Assembly: GCA_011109175.1 (NCBI GenBank)
Contig: RDEW01000058.1
Location: 6,033 to 70,032, forward strand
Source of the DNA: Dicyema japonicum
Taxonomy: Eukaryota > Animalia > Dicyemida
Length of the DNA stretch: 64,000 bases
Direction of reading: 5' to 3'
Positions within the stretch are counted from its first letter, which is position 1. Each line of letters starts with the position of its first letter. The notes below the pieces were generated by a model, which did not search any database, was not told the origin of the DNA, and saw only the letters and a program-made list of their open reading frames with translations. The position numbers were made by a program, and so were the translations under genes. This document shows, one piece after another, positions 1 through 13,869 of the stretch.

Positions 1-129
1 TATTTAAATACAACTAAGAACATAAAGTAATTTTTATTTAAATTTTAAATATTTTTTTTATAATTTATTTAAATTTTAGAACCAAAAAATCGGTTGATTC
101 ATTTACTAAAAAAAAGACATATTCGATTT

Positions 130-452
130 GCCGCGTGGCGCCATGTGGTGCTGCGTTGTTAATTGGTTTAATTTTTCCGCTTGCTTGTCTGTTCTTCCTC
201 TCTTCCTATTAGAGTGGCGTCATATGATCCACCTGTTTAGGTGACGCCCAGTGCCAGGCCGGCACTAAAAAAAATCATTTGCTCTTCCCCACTCCATTGG
301 AAAGGTTTCCACACCTGCATGTAATGGACGTCTTACCTTTTATGTTGATCCCGGATAAACTCTGTTTCTGTAGAAGTGGAAACTGGATACACCTAATTAG
401 TTGTTTACTTTAACTACTTTCTCGTTGTATCCGGGGTTAATAAATAAATAAC
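130..452 (+). mobile_element. 3' end of an I/Jockey-group-like LINE (decayed C-terminal 'PCGA' segment plus 3' stem-loop and (AATA)n tail)
   Basis: 132-151 and 226-270 match the reverse complement of 22940-23055 and 13990-14095. Ends in the hairpin CTGGATACA (383-391) / TGTATCCGG (426-434) followed by GGTTAATAAATAAATAA. Confidence 0.55.
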
Positions 453-1289
453 TAAAAGAAAGAAAAAACAGTATGTTTAATTTTATTAGTTTAAGAATTG
501 ATAATTTTTACGGCGCTTAGTAAAATCATTAAAGAACAATAATTTAAAAAAATCAACATTTTTATTATCTATAAATTTGTTTCGTTAAAACAAACCATTT
601 TATTTTATTTAAATGCTTTGGATCATCTATGTTCTTTATACTCAATTTTTTGAAAAAATCTCAGGTTTTTACGCGTAATTAAGCCAGATGCGGTTTAAGT
701 CAACGTTTTCATTGTTCATTTCGTACATAAGTTCTGGAGGCAAAGGTACAGAAACAAATGCTAAAGCAGTTCACACATGTAATCTATGTTAAACCAAATT
801 AATTATATTTGTAATTTACTAAGGAAATTAGTTCATTGTCATAAATAACACTTTTTATCTTTTCTTTCATAACTGCCTTAAATAAGTACGTTAAAAAAAA
901 GAGAGTCCTAAATGACTAAGTGAGAAAGCACTGATGATGAGGAGGATGAGGTTGAAATTAAAGGGTATCCTGTACTATATTTTAATTTGAGTAGGTAAAT
1001 GTATTTGACCTGCTTTCTATTTAAGTTATTTTGAGTAATTTAGCTATTTTCACTTCCAACGGTTGTTCAGTAACGCATACCTTCAGATTAACATATCTAT
1101 CTTAAATAGTAGTCATTAGGCAATATTGACAGAATTAGTCGATCAGACTAGCAAGTTTTCCTTGCATCTTTTCCGGAATGGGCATGCCCCTCTTCTATCC
1201 TACCGAGCCTAAATATCAGTGACAGTCAATACACTAACCATTTTCCAATTGTCAAATGAAAAAAATGAAAAATGAATTAAAACAAAAAG

Positions 1290-1720
1290 TTGTGGAATAG
1301 GTAACTACCAGTGCGCCGGTTGGCCTGGACTGTTCCTCCGGGTACCCCTAATTTTTGCTATCCATCCAATTACTAATTTATCTCCAGAGCGTTGTAGGTA
1401 CAAAGCCAGTACGCCCATTTCCAGATAGTTCTCCTTTTGTAGGTCCTTTCCCCATTATGTTATTCCACGGTGGTCCTAACCGTCCTGCAGGGACCGATGA
1501 TGTGGTTAACAAAGTCCCGTGTAGATCCCANCTCGAGTGCTTCTTCCACAAACCCAGACATCATATGACTTTATTATGCTTAGTTGACATCTGCAAAGCA
1601 TTCGATCTGTTCAATCTTTCAGACAGTTATTTCTAGGAATTTCGATGTTGTTTTTGCAAATCGGGATAAGACATCCGGGTGACGGAGAGAATACAACATC
1701 AAGTGAACCGCTAGTTGTGT
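1290..1720 (+). mobile_element. Degraded non-LTR retrotransposon reverse transcriptase fragment
   Basis: ORF 1355-1636 contains 'LCLVDICKAFD' (RT DxxKAFD motif) and a decayed 'GxRxxxSTxD' equivalent ('GPNRPAGTDDVV'). Confidence 0.5.
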
Positions 1721-2319
1721 GGTTAAACGGAAATTGATTGACAATTAACACTGATAAATGTTTTATATTCCTAATCACCACATACAAGAAAATGTCGACA
1801 AGTCAATTGAAACTGAAGCGAATGGGAAACATTTAAGAAATTGTGGAATCCTGCGAGTGATTTTGATATACACATGAGTTAAAAAGTCCTTTAAAGTCCA
1901 TTGCTTGTCAACGAGTCAATCCCAATGACTTCCTACGAATGCTTGAAAGCATGAGAGAGGTTAGCGACATGTTTAGCTTTAAAGATAGAAAACATGCAGT
2001 TATGTACGACAGTTGCTATGTGGGAAGCTTATCAGTTTTCCAATCGTTGACGTACTTCTTACCATTTTTGAAAAGATAGCTAGTAACACTTTTTCCCAAT
2101 AGCTCATATAATCTTCCATATTGAGTTTCTTCTCATAGTCAATGTCATAAAACTGTTTCACCTAAAAATCATCAAATCTTGTACATCATTGAAATCATTC
2201 AAAATAATGTAAAAGTAATAGCATTTAATGATTGCAACGTAAATAATTATTAAAAAGCAGTTTCATAGAACCAGAGAACATTATGTTAACAGAGGTCCCG
2301 TTGGTGCCACACATTTCGA

Positions 2320-2440
2320 AATTTGTTTCACTAGGCATCTTCATCGCCCTCTGCTGTGTGTATCTGTTCGTAGATCTTCTAGGTCTTCTGCACATTTAAG
2401 TTTTCTTTCAATTCCATTAGGATCCTTGTTTAAAGTCACA
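2320..2440 (-). mobile_element. RTE-family 3' coding remnant
   Basis: Minus strand reads 'KCAEDLEDLRTDTHSRGR*RCLV', similar to the C-terminus of the intact RTE ('LTSADDLDTLRELARSRGSWKRLI'). Confidence 0.4.
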
Positions 2441-2732
2441 GGAAGAGTGACTTTAGACCTTCGCATGAACAATGGTTTGTTTTCATACCTGATTTAGTAA
2501 AAATGTAATATTCATTGACTCCATTTCAATTTTAACAAAGTATATAGACAAATTCGAAAATATCATTTTTTAATAAAAATTGACGTTTGTTCGAATATCG
2601 TCAATTCTTTTGGTCAGTTTCAACAAAGCTCTTGGATATGGCAAAAATTATGATCCATATGGAATCCATAACGAGTGAGTAAGGAGTCTTCGTCTTCTAC
2701 TATGGCAGTGGTTCCCAACCTGGTTCGGGTTC

Positions 2733-2922
2733 GGCTGGCATCGTGGTTAGGTGTCGGGCTAATGAGACTTAGGTTACGGGTACAAATCTCGCTGAAGTTC
2801 ACCTGGTGGAAGGTTCCACGCATCTAAGATGCCAAAAGGGTTTGACGAGTGACTCCGTCATCAGTGGATACTCACTGCGGAACTGTATTGTCTAGAAAAG
2901 ACCCACACACAAGAAAAAAAAT
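2733..2922 (+). mobile_element. tRNA-derived SINE, copy 1
   Basis: A-box-like TGGTTAGG and degenerate B-box GGTACAAATC, a ~130-nt body and an A-rich tail. Near-identical copy at 47752-47938 (minus) with a perfect B-box GGTTCGAATC. Confidence 0.7.
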
Positions 2923-4489
2923 GAAGATCATTCCTTGGTTCTACGATTAGTTAAAATTAACTGTTTTTTACATAAATAAAGTGTGTGTCCCGCCAATGCG
3001 GAGCTATACATACTATGGTCTCGTGAAAATGCNAAAGGCTGTTATCTATTATTTTTATCAGGCCACAAATGCATACTTTACATGAAAAATCATTTTATGT
3101 CTTTTATCGATTCAGTTTTTCTATACAATCTTATTTGGAGTATAGATTGCAAAACTATGTTACGAACGGATTTTTATTTTCATTTTGAAACATGTCTGGT
3201 TTGTGAAAAATCACAGATCAATTGAAACTCGTCTCTTCTCTATAGAATCGTCATCTTTCTTGACATCTTCTTTGATTTCCAAAATAGAATATTAGACAAG
3301 AAAGATGATCAATTTAAAGCCTTGGGTTACATATGCTTTCGAGCCATTTTGAGGTGTTGTTACAACTAAAGTCCATTGAGGTGTTAGTACATCTTCAAAG
3401 ATTCTTAGTCCGATATTGGACAGATGATTGATTAAGTGACTTAACAAATCATAAGTACACCATTCACAGTTTACTCATCAACCTAGCAGAACTACGGTAA
3501 CATGTAGTGGGTAGAGTGAGCTGGAGACGTGTAGTGAAGAGGATCTTAAATCGTGAAGCTCAAATGCACGTAGTCAACGCAACATTCTTCAATTCTGTGA
3601 ACCTGAGTTTAATACTAATAACTCCTTTTACAATTATTCTATGAATATAGCTCTTCCTAAAGAAACGATCGACCTCATACTTTGTCTAACTTACAACATG
3701 TTAATAAAACTGCTGTTAGTAATTCCAAACAATACATTAGTTAAGAGGTTAGAGTATTATGATCTACAATATTCTACTGTGGTTCGATTTTCACTACGGA
3801 TCATTCGGTTGAAAATCAGGTCATTATTTTGACTTAACTTCAACATCTATACATGCCATCGTCTACAACAACTCCAAAAATCTGTCATTTTTCACCTTAC
3901 ATTGTTAATGACCAAGAATTGAATTAATTATGTGTTTATCTGTGAATTCCATAGGCGTGCATCTAAAAGTATGTAAAATTTAAATTTCTAAGGTAAAATA
4001 GACACAGAACTGTATAGTATCTGTCTTTCAACATGCATCGAGTAAAAAACAGAATAAATCAATATATTGAAGTTAATGGGTCAATTCAGTTAGGATCAGA
4101 AATTCATTACTGAGAGAGGATGTGTGATAAATTTGACGTTGATGCTTTTTTTGTTGGAAATAAAGATAATAATTTTAAATGTCGTAAAATTTCATTTATT
4201 GTTTTTTTATAAATTAACTTGTCTAGGATTAATATAAAATAGGTAGAAATGCTATATTTTGGTATCAAAGTAATGTTTGTGTTTTTGGGGGAATGGTCAC
4301 TGAGGAGAAAAAAAAATCTTTTTTTTCAAAATAATGTATTAATTTTTATTTGTAAAAAATAATCAAATAAATCCAAATAACGAATAGAGTGTATGTTTTG
4401 ACAACTGCAAGAGATAATTTGTAGGATATTCTTAATAACTGCTCGTCAAAGATGTCCTTAGAAGAAATTATAGAAAACTGGATATTTAA

Positions 4490-6372
4490 AAAAGGTTTTT
4501 GTTCAATTTTCACGGAATAGTTCATCAATACTGTAAGATCCACCAATTCATCCTATTATTGAACTAACATCCATATTAGAATCAAAATGATATAGACTCT
4601 ATTAAAATCTAGTGAACAACATATCCGATAATACAGAGATAATCCAAATGTATAGAAGATGTAAAATTAACAGAAGGGAATCCAATGACTTCCATCTACA
4701 CCAAAAACAACATAAATCATCGGTAAACGTCTTAACTAGAAATTGATGAGGAATCTGAAATCAGTGATAAGGAAAAGTGATAAAACAAGTTTCCTAACTC
4801 TCTTATTTTTAATAAAACCTTTCATAATTCGATAAATTTGTAATGAAAATATTATGAACAAGTTAAACGATGAAGCATTATGTGGAAATATATAAATATT
4901 TAATGTATTTTCAGTAATACCGTCTTCTTCAAAATTAAAAGCAATGTAAAAACTACGTGAGAGATGAATCAAAAATTTATCCAATAAAATTGTGATCAAT
5001 CTGATTGCATTCAATATTGAAGAGAAACTTACATAAATTTTCAATAATGAAGAAATTATACAAATACTGGCAATAATAATGTGGTTATACTCCGACTTTA
5101 AAATTTTATAATATAGTGTTGGCCATACTGAAATATATTATTATTTTTTATAAATAAATTTATTTTTCAATATCATAAATATCTCGTTCGGCAGCCACTA
5201 CCAAATAAACTATTTTGTGGTCGCTTAATAATAATAAGAGGTAGGTTTGTTCGCTACAAATCTAGGCAGTTATCTCGAAATGTGACTTTGTCAAAACTTT
5301 ATAAAAATTAAATCTGTTGACAAAGTATATTTAAATATAATTTAAATAAAGATGGTAACAATTATTAGACTTTTAGATGTGGTCTAGGATCACTTAGTTA
5401 TGTGAGGACATTCTTTTTCCTTTTTACCCCAGTAACCCTGTTTATCAGTGATTATATTTATACAAAATTACAAAGATTGACTTTATTAAACAAAAAAATT
5501 GTAAAACGAAGTATAGAGATGAACTAAGATAATATCTTTGATCGGTCCAAGTTACCCGCAATTGTTGTAGTAACAATTGTAGGTATTACAGAGAGTAATT
5601 GACTTTTTTCAAGAGACTAGACGTCTTTATAAATCAGAAGCCATGTGTAGTAAAACATAGTGACTTGCCTAATTGATCTCCGTTGCCTGTGTCAAAATAA
5701 CAAATGAAACTTAGTTTAATAAATTAAACCGCGTAAAAATAGCAAATATTATTAATTAAAGAAAATATTGAGGCATCTCCCTAGATTTCTCAATTCAACA
5801 AGTACTTCTGTAACACATTCTTGTTCCTATAATTAAATGACCAAAATACCAAAAGTAGATCCTGAATCGCAGGGATTTGCGATGACCTTTCAGCTAAAGC
5901 CTGTATTAATAATGAATTAGATTCTGCTTGAGTATTTTCTATGGTAGAATCAATCGACGGTGGATCTTCAGCTGAGAGTTCGCGAAGATTATCCATTAAG
6001 CTGTTATTAATTTCTTTTAATTTCGATTCGTAAAACTCGATTCTGCCGTTAAGAAAATTAAATATCGGGAGTCCATGAGTGTTTCGTTCGTCCATTATTA
6101 TGTTTAATAATCATTTGGGGAATTTGTATTTATAAGTAAATTATAAAAATTTCACGTATATTAGTCATATTTTTTGTATACAAATTTATAAACTTTCTAT
6201 GAAAAAATAGAAATCGACTCAATTAGAATATTCGATACTCCACTGGAGGGTTCTCAAGGAATGGGCATCTTTTACCTTATAATCAAGTGACTTTGAAAGG
6301 AGTCTGTTATAGTGAAAGTGGGAACTGGATACACTTAATTCGTTGTCAACTGTTAACTTCTTTCTCCTCGTA
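4490..6372 (+). repeat. Left arm of a ~1.9 kb inverted segmental duplication (partner 19045-20925)
   Basis: Continuous reverse-complement similarity, e.g. ORF 5790-6095 (minus) matches plus-strand 19340-19640. Both arms carry LINE 3' hairpin motifs at corresponding positions. Confidence 0.9.
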
Positions 6373-6819
6373 AGAGTCATGGACTGCTCTAAAGCTGCTA
6401 CGTCAATCTCTCCATTTTAGTATCAATAATTTACTCGTCGACATTATACTCTTCACAAAGAATAACGATTTCGTTCTCGCCGAGCACTTCTGTTTTAGTT
6501 ATTTCTTATTTATTAGCAATTTCAGTCCTTTCGATACTCATTCAAAACAGGATCTTGCATTATATCTTTATTAGCAAATTAATCAAGACATTTAATTGCC
6601 TTAGTCTTTTTAAAACAATTTTTATGGTCTTTTACTTCGTGTGTGAGATATCAAAATGATGGCTTTCCGTAAATTCACAAAAAATGTTCTTTTTCCAAAT
6701 CAAAGGAAAATAATCCAAAAAAGCCTTTTTCTATAATAATACTTAAAGTTTTTGATTATACTTGCATCCATGGTTGTAGATGTGCAGTTGTGTTTTTTGG
6801 AAAAAATAAAATTTCAATT

Positions 6820-7110
6820 TTCAGATATTTTCAAATCGGTTCAGACACCTGGAGCAGCTGCTTCGACTGCGGAGAACCTAAAAAGCAAGAAATATTCTTG
6901 CCTCGGGGATCGCTACCGATTTACTCCTGTTGCGACCGAATCATCGGGAGCCATTGGTCCAATGACGCCTGAGTTTTTGCGAGAACTCGGAGGATTGCTT
7001 GCCAGAAAGAAAAAGGATCAACGAGAAGGGTTATGGTTAAGACAAAAGATTGGAATAGCCATACTCCGAGGAACTTGTTTGCAATCCACGCAGCAGGCTT
7101 CCTCAACTGA
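6820..7110 (+). mobile_element. CRE-clade non-LTR retrotransposon 3' remnant (restriction-like endonuclease region)
   Basis: 'GAAASTAENLKSKKYSCLGDRYRFTPVATESSGAIGP...LRQKIGIAILRG' follows the CRE C-terminal pattern AA..AE..K..KY...F.P.A.E..G..G...QR..IA..RG. Second copy at 26470-26875. Confidence 0.75.
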
Positions 7111-7189
7111 CATTTGTTCAATTGTTAAAAAAATTATTTTGTTTAAAAAAAAAAATTTCGTTAAAACATGGAACATTATCAATGAGTAA

Positions 7190-8152
7190 AAATAACTTTT
7201 TCTATAACATTTTAATTCATCACTATGATGACTGATGAAAACATTAAAAAATTATGTGGCATTCAAACCCTTTTATTTATAGTACAATAATTTTCAAAGT
7301 CTAAACCTTTTTAAAATTCTTGGTCTTTTATTATGACCAATAAAAAGGATTAATTTTTATTGTTCTAGTTTCATTAGCACAAAGAGCTATAGTAATCCTC
7401 AATTTTGATTCTTTATGCCATTTCTATCTTTAGATGAATTTTTTTAAAAAGGTAAGATTGAAAAAGAGTTTAGCTTCATCCATTTTTACTAATACGTCAT
7501 GGTCAACTCCTTTTAACTGATCATATTTCTTTTTTCATATAAATTTCATCTTGTGTAAGATGTTAGCTTCTTCGTGAAGAATTTAGTTTAAAATTAAATC
7601 TTCCTTTAATTCTGTGTAGCCTTTACTAACTTCAAAATTATTTATTCCAAGCTTTTCACAAAATACTTTAGCTTATGAAATGATAATATTTTCAGTAATA
7701 AAACCATTAATTTCATTCAATCAACAAGTGATTATCAAATAGATGATATTTACCACTAGATTGTCTTGACTTGTTAATCGTAGTTTTAGTTTGCCAACAT
7801 TCACGGTTTTTTAGAATTTTTGAAAGAGTAGAAATTCCCAAATAAGAGTTCATTTTTATATCGTAGATATGGGATAATTCTGAGAGTCATGTATTTTTAC
7901 TTCATAAATTTACTTTTTTCTAACAAATTGGCGCTGTTTGATTTTAAATTTAAAAGTAAATTCATCTGAATGTATGATAAAAAAATAAATTAATACAAAA
8001 TTATTAATAAATGTCTTTTAAAAATTTAAGTTTCAGTTTACTGAAGCCTGTTTGTAAGAAAACTTTGTAAAATTTTACTGACTAATCAAAAAAAATTCGG
8101 ATTAGTATAGTTTTCAAAATATTGAAGTTCTGATTAATAAGGGTTTACTGTA
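7190..8152 (-). mobile_element. Degraded pogo/Tigger (Tc1/mariner) DNA transposon
   Basis: TA plus TIR-like CAGTAAACCCT at 8152-8140. Minus strand reads 'KAKVFCEKLGINNFEVSKG' (CENP-B HTH-like), 'LVKMDEAKLFF' (N.DETGL-like) and 'LFCANETRT', with stops and frameshifts. Confidence 0.6.
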
Positions 8153-8362
8153 TTTATTACGTAATAAAAGGATTATCATATTATTGATTTGGACTCTGAT
8201 TGTTGACATTATAGGCTTAGATTCTAGTCACAAAGACTTTTATAACTTTGTGTAGCGTTATAACGTGGTGTGTCTTGTGGCGTTCTGCTAACATTTATAA
8301 TTATTTTCTTTTTTCCTTTTGAAAATAAATCTTTCACTTTAAAGTTAAATAAAAATATTAAA

Positions 8363-8640
8363 AAAGATGACTTTTTACCTTAAAGATGTCGAGATGACTT
8401 TGGTAAAATGTTCCACTTACCCAAAGGACCCGTTAAAATTAATTTTTATAAGATTTAAAAAAGATGACTTTTTTACCTAAAGATGTCGATGACTTTGGTA
8501 AAATGTTCTACTTACCCATAAAACCCGTTATAATCACTTTTTATAAGATCTAAAGAAGATGACATTTTACTTAAAGATGTCGAGACCTTGGTAAAATCAA
8601 TTTTTATAAAATTTAAAAAAAAGACTTTTTTAAAGATGTC
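8363..8640. repeat. Minisatellite, ~95-nt unit, about 3 decaying copies
   Basis: AAGATGACTTTTTACC(T)TAAAGATGTCGA...TTTGGTAAAATG...TTTTTATAAGAT(T/C)TAAA recurs at about 8363, 8460 and 8555, with a partial copy at about 8620. Confidence 0.85.
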
Positions 8641-10099
8641 GTTTCGCTAAAATCTCGTGATGTTTATTTATGAACTTATGCAAAACCTTAAAAAATTAAT
8701 TAGAGGCCATTCTGAATGAAACGGTGTTGTTGGGTTCTAAAAATTCCGTAGTGGAACCCTTCTTCATTCTTTGAACTGTTGATTTCTTGTCAAATGATGT
8801 GGACTCTGATTGTTGACACATTCGAGATGAGTCAATATCTATTTTTTCTAGGAATTTTAGAAGTAAACATACAAAATATGACTAACATAGTGAAAATTAA
8901 GAAATTAACTTTAAATGGGATATTCTTAATAACTGCTCGGCAATTATGTCATCAGAAGAAAGTATTGAAAACTGAATATTAAATTACCTAAATGGCGAAA
9001 TTAGATATTATAAAAGACGACAAACACAGATCAAAATAATATTGGACGATTGGACTTGTGTACTCCATGACGGAGATCCACCTAATCCTGATACATCCAT
9101 GGACCAAAATTACCCTAGTGAGCAAGGTTCATAAAAGTGTAATTTTTAGAGATGTTACTGCGAGAACGTGAGGTCTTTTTTCTATCGATGGTATGTTATT
9201 TTTTCAAATATAGGAATATGAATGTAATCGTGCAATCCTGAATGCTATTAGAAGGTACGCAGAAATCTAAACTTTCATTAATTACTAATAAACGCTTTAT
9301 TTTGGTCGTTAAGTTAACTGACTTGAATTCATTTTCATTATTACAGAGAGGTGATCCTTTAGTTTTTTAATTTTGATTCTACTCAAACCCGGTGCTTCCT
9401 TCATTCAGAAATTCTCGTCTTCAATGTCTGTCGAGGGCTTTCATGCATCGTGTAGCTAAGTACAATAGAGATATGGCACTACCACAATCCACATAATATA
9501 AAGTTCCTTAGTCATTTGTCTACTCTTTAAATGAAGCGGGTAAGAGAAGTATCATAGTGACTATTGTTTCTCGTGCCGCATCTGTGTACATCCCGGGTTT
9601 TCAAAAATTCCTATCATAAGAAGTAAATTCGATTCAAATTTTGCTATAATCAATTTGCACAAACAAATCAGCTAGCGTGAACGAACAATTAATTGCATGT
9701 AGTTTCTATGGTCATGACTGATGGACAGCAACTTAAAGACTTTTAATTTATTTAGGTAGTTTGTAGAGCAGGAGTTAATAATATTGTAGATATCTATCCA
9801 AAGCGGTGGCAGCCTCTTTCCTCCTCTTGAGAAAGTTTGCCACCTACCCATCCTTATTCCTACTCCACATTGGAATTAGTCAGTTCTCTTCCAACTTCAA
9901 ATGGTCAGTTCCACTTGTTGTTTTGAAACAAATATTAAATATCACCGGGAGGCCTTAATCCCACTGTTGTTTACAGCCACCATACTTTCAAGAGTTCTCT
10001 TCAACATGACTGAATTCCAAGTTAAACGTATTATTTAAAATATTCACTATTATCCCCCAAATTCTACTATTTTGTGATCCACTGTGATATTTTTATTAT

Positions 10100-10420
10100 T
10101 AAAGCGTAATTAGAGAAAAAAGTCATTATTATGTATCTTGTGCCTCCCTGTAGCAAACTTTCTCCAAGTACCACCATTGTGAGTTTTCTTAAGGATAGTG
10201 AGATAAGATTGTCTTTACTCCATCGCGTATTTGCATCGCTGAAATCAGCTGTATCCGCTTGTGCACGGCGAAAGCAAAAGTCCGTAGTTAAACAATCAGA
10301 TTCGAGGAACAGTAAGCCATATTCACTCATATTAAATTACTGCCTGATGGTCTCTTGTAATAAGCAAGCTGATATGACATTTTTGAAAAGATCCAAGTAT
10401 AACGGATACATCTCCATCGT
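10100..10420 (-). mobile_element. Degraded APE-endonuclease fragment of an RTE-like LINE
   Basis: 'DLFKNVISACLLQET' resembles 'DLSKYNISVCCLQETK' of the intact element at 15844-17544. Confidence 0.4.
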
Positions 10421-10599
10421 CCTAAAGTCTATGCACGTTGAATAAGACAAAGTTGAAGTGTTGACATTGATAAGACGTAAGCGAAAAAATATAATTGCAC
10501 CAACAAAAGAATAATAAATTAAATTTTTTAAATTAAATAATTATTTAAAATCAATATATTTAACAAAAAAATTAAATATTTTAACAATTAGCAAACTTC

Positions 10600-12600
10600 A
10601 TTGCCTGTCTAATCGCCCGCCTTTTGATCCAGGTTCGATCTGGTTACAAAACAGCTCCGTAAGCACCTCGTTCAATTGAGCTTTCTGCCGATATGGTATC
10701 TCTGGACTCTGCCTGCTATATTGCAGTGTAAGACTCTCTTGAGTCCGCTTAAAAACAGCGGACTGTAATTAGTCCTGGAACTTCTTATTTAGCTCTATCT
10801 GTCTCAGTTTACTTTGTTGCAATTCTTTCCCACATCATTACTATTTGAATAAATAGGATGCGATCTAGATGCAACGAAAGTACATAGCCACTCGCCTTTG
10901 AATTCGGTTGTACAACTCCTTTTTCGAACCAATTCTACTTTATAACGTGGGGACCTGTTGCTTAATTACAAAAGAACTTGAAAACGTCAACTTTATCCAC
11001 AGATAAAAACTGCGACCTCTTCTGGAAGTTTACTGGCCAAATTGGATAACCAACAACGAGGTATATAGAATTACTCTAAACCTAAACCATGGCATAAATC
11101 CTATCCCTTAACCATATCTAATTCTAATCCGTCCCCTAAACATACCTACGTGTATTCTCAAACCATAATCAATGCATAAAATCAACATAATCAATAATTA
11201 ATCTCATTCATAATCAACACCTAAATCTAATCTCTTAAGCCGAAAAAATCAAAAATTCTTTTTAGAGTGGACAGTCATTTAAAACAATTCTTTATTCTGC
11301 TTTGGTGGATCATCATTGTTTGCGAGTTACCACCATCTATGTGCACCATATGCTCTTGTATATCTCTACTTGATAAATTGATGTGTCCAAGTGGTAATAT
11401 AAAGCTGCTTTTTTCGTTGATGGTTTGAAATCACAATCCATTCGTGTAATAACTCTATCTTTAACATTAAAAGATTCTTCATTTTTCCAGCGTCAGTTCT
11501 TACGCATTTCTTCTGCAGCAAGCGAAGTATGTCTTCGATCAGAATCCACTGACAGCGATAAATCTTTATCTTCATACTGTAGTAAATTCAAACGTTAATC
11601 CGAAGGTCCATTAAAAATTTTTAATAGAACATGTTTCGTTGTATGAACTGAAGACAATATTAATCCTATATTTTCGAATTACTCTGCAATAAACTTTATT
11701 TTACTCGTAAACTAGCAATGCGGCAAGTCTCCAAATAAGCTGTTTACACTTTCTGAAAGGCGACGCTTCAAGAAATCCAATTATAAGCCCCAATTTCATA
11801 TCAGGGTTGAAAGAGTACAAGAAATTCGTGCTCCCAAATCTTCCGGCCAACTAATTAACAAGTTACAGAGAACAGCATCAGAGAAGTTTCTTTCAGGTAC
11901 AAAGACATGAAAAGTTCTTTAATACTGACCAGACCACGTGGAGTCTTAAAAAATTTTTTTGTGTTTCGATAGAAAAACTCTAATCGTTTTTGGCTGAAAA
12001 AAATTGAAATAGAGATTTATATATTTAAAGATATCCTGCCCAAAATTAGGCCACGTGTTGTTCTAATCTGCATTCAACATTCTTCAGATTCCTTAGGGAA
12101 TATATTCGACGAACAATCAACAACTCATAATCGTGACTAACACTCAAGGGATGACAAGTACTCTATATGTGAACAAATATAGACACGTGTAAGTTTGCTC
12201 TAGTATATTCCATTGATTGGATGTCCTGAAAGACTAACTGTAATTTTTTCAAGGTTCCTTTTATTATAGTAGTCACGTGTGTAAAGAATATGTTCGGCTC
12301 TCAACTCAAAGACATTGACCACGATTTCTTGAATTGTTTAAGGTCACAAGTGCAAATTCATTAACGGGAGTCCCAGGATTGGATGAAAGTTTTAATTCTC
12401 TAAATATCCCTCACTATTCCGCAGCTGTCTCACTACCTACAATCAAATAAAATCACTTGACAGTATCGTGGTTCCCCAATACCTTATGCCTCGTCTACCA
12501 ATAGATACTTAACCAATAATCATGGAAGTAACGGAAGTCACCATCCCCCCGTCAAATTAACATTCGAATATTGTGCCTCACACAGCGAACTTATCCATAA
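10600..12600 (-). mobile_element. Highly decayed Ty3/gypsy-like pol remnants
   Basis: Short frames such as 'YSRQSPEIPYRQKAQLNEVLTELFCNQIEP' (start of gypsy RT) and 'FNVKDRVI' (integrase C-terminal-like). Many stops, so the assignment is tentative. Confidence 0.3.
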
Positions 12601-12959
12601 GCCTCAATTTCGGGAACATCGCCTGGTGGACAAATACAAGTCATTAGACCTAAAATATGATGTAAGTTTTTCTACAAAAATATCCCAATCGCTAATCAAA
12701 TCAACAATTTAAAAAAAATCAGGTAACTTAGTGAAGTATTAAATGTATCTATGATCCACGGATCCGATTCCGATCTTTTTTTGTGCCATCTTAGACTGGG
12801 CGCTATTTAAGATGAGTGAATCGCATGATTTTTCTCTAGTTAAAGGAAGAAAGAAAGCAATAGGAGAAAGGAAGAGAAGTCTTTGACCATGATGTAGTAA
12901 AGGGAATTCACTGAGTATGCATAGAGACATGACATTCTACATTGCCTTGGTACTAAAAA

Positions 12960-13310
12960 GCACATTAACTGAGTCAAAGAGAAGGAAATAAAAAGTTCTC
13001 ATCTAACTAAGTGATCTGAGACAGACAAGGAAGAGGACGAGTTTGGCGGGGTCGAGAATCCTGAACAGCTCTTGTCATCAGACATGGAATCGGCTCAAAA
13101 TTTCTGTATGATTGTAGATATTTAAATAGTGTATGGAACTGAGGGCAGCTCGGTAGACTAGCCGTTATAATTCGATTAATAATGTTTAATTGGCTGGATT
13201 TTGTTTTCTGGTCAGAATATACGAATAAATTATACATTCTGATTGTTTTAAAATTTATAAATATTTGGAAATCGATATTTAATTTTTTTTTTAAATTTTC
13301 TATTGTCAAT
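12960..13310 (-). mobile_element. I/Jockey-group LINE 3' end
   Basis: ORF 13007-13309 ends 'LPSCPQFHTLFKYLQSY...CLSQIT*' and matches 27420-27600 in reverse complement. The stop overlaps GATCACTTAGTTAG. Confidence 0.65.
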
Positions 13311-13869
13311 TTTTGGTCTTTTTGCCCGCTAGGACAAAGGCCCCTCTTATAGCTTACAACTTCCCAGCAACACCAGATCTGTTTGTTAGCATTGATGATT
13401 TAAAATAATGACTTTCAATGTTAAGTAATTTCCTGAAAGACATATTTTTTAATATTCGACAATTCAACCTAAGATTTCATTACATTTTCATTAAAACATG
13501 GAAAATAGAAATCAAAGCATTGCTTATATGTGGGAAGTAGTACATGTGTTTTAAATATAAAAAGAGTTAAAAATCAGGAACACAATAACTGTAAATATAT
13601 TTGAGACAGTCTTGTTGAGCCTACTTGAAATAAATGAGATACAAAAATAAGATTTAAAAAAAACAATATAGATATAAGCAGGAAATTATCTTCTTTTATC
13701 TAAAAAATTGAAACGTCTGTTAAACAAATCGTCAATGAAACCATGTAGCTCTTCAATTGATCTCCGTTGATATCGTGAAAAATAACGTTGTATCAATTTT
13801 GTAAGCGCAGATCAAAATAATATTTGCTAAAAATACACTCAAATGAGTCTTAGTGTGAGTGAATGATTC

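Noticed and set aside
2706-2722. hAT/Charlie-like TIR CAGTGGTTCCCAACCT
   Set aside because: I found no matching opposite TIR or TSD, so it is too little to call an element.
5790-6095. 101-aa ORF as a real gene
   Set aside because: No recognisable motif; it lies in a duplicated TE-derived arm and the partner copy near 19340-19640 lacks the equivalent ATG.
8363-8640. CRISPR-like array
   Set aside because: No unique spacers between constant repeats, no cas genes, and the DNA is eukaryotic. It is a plain minisatellite.
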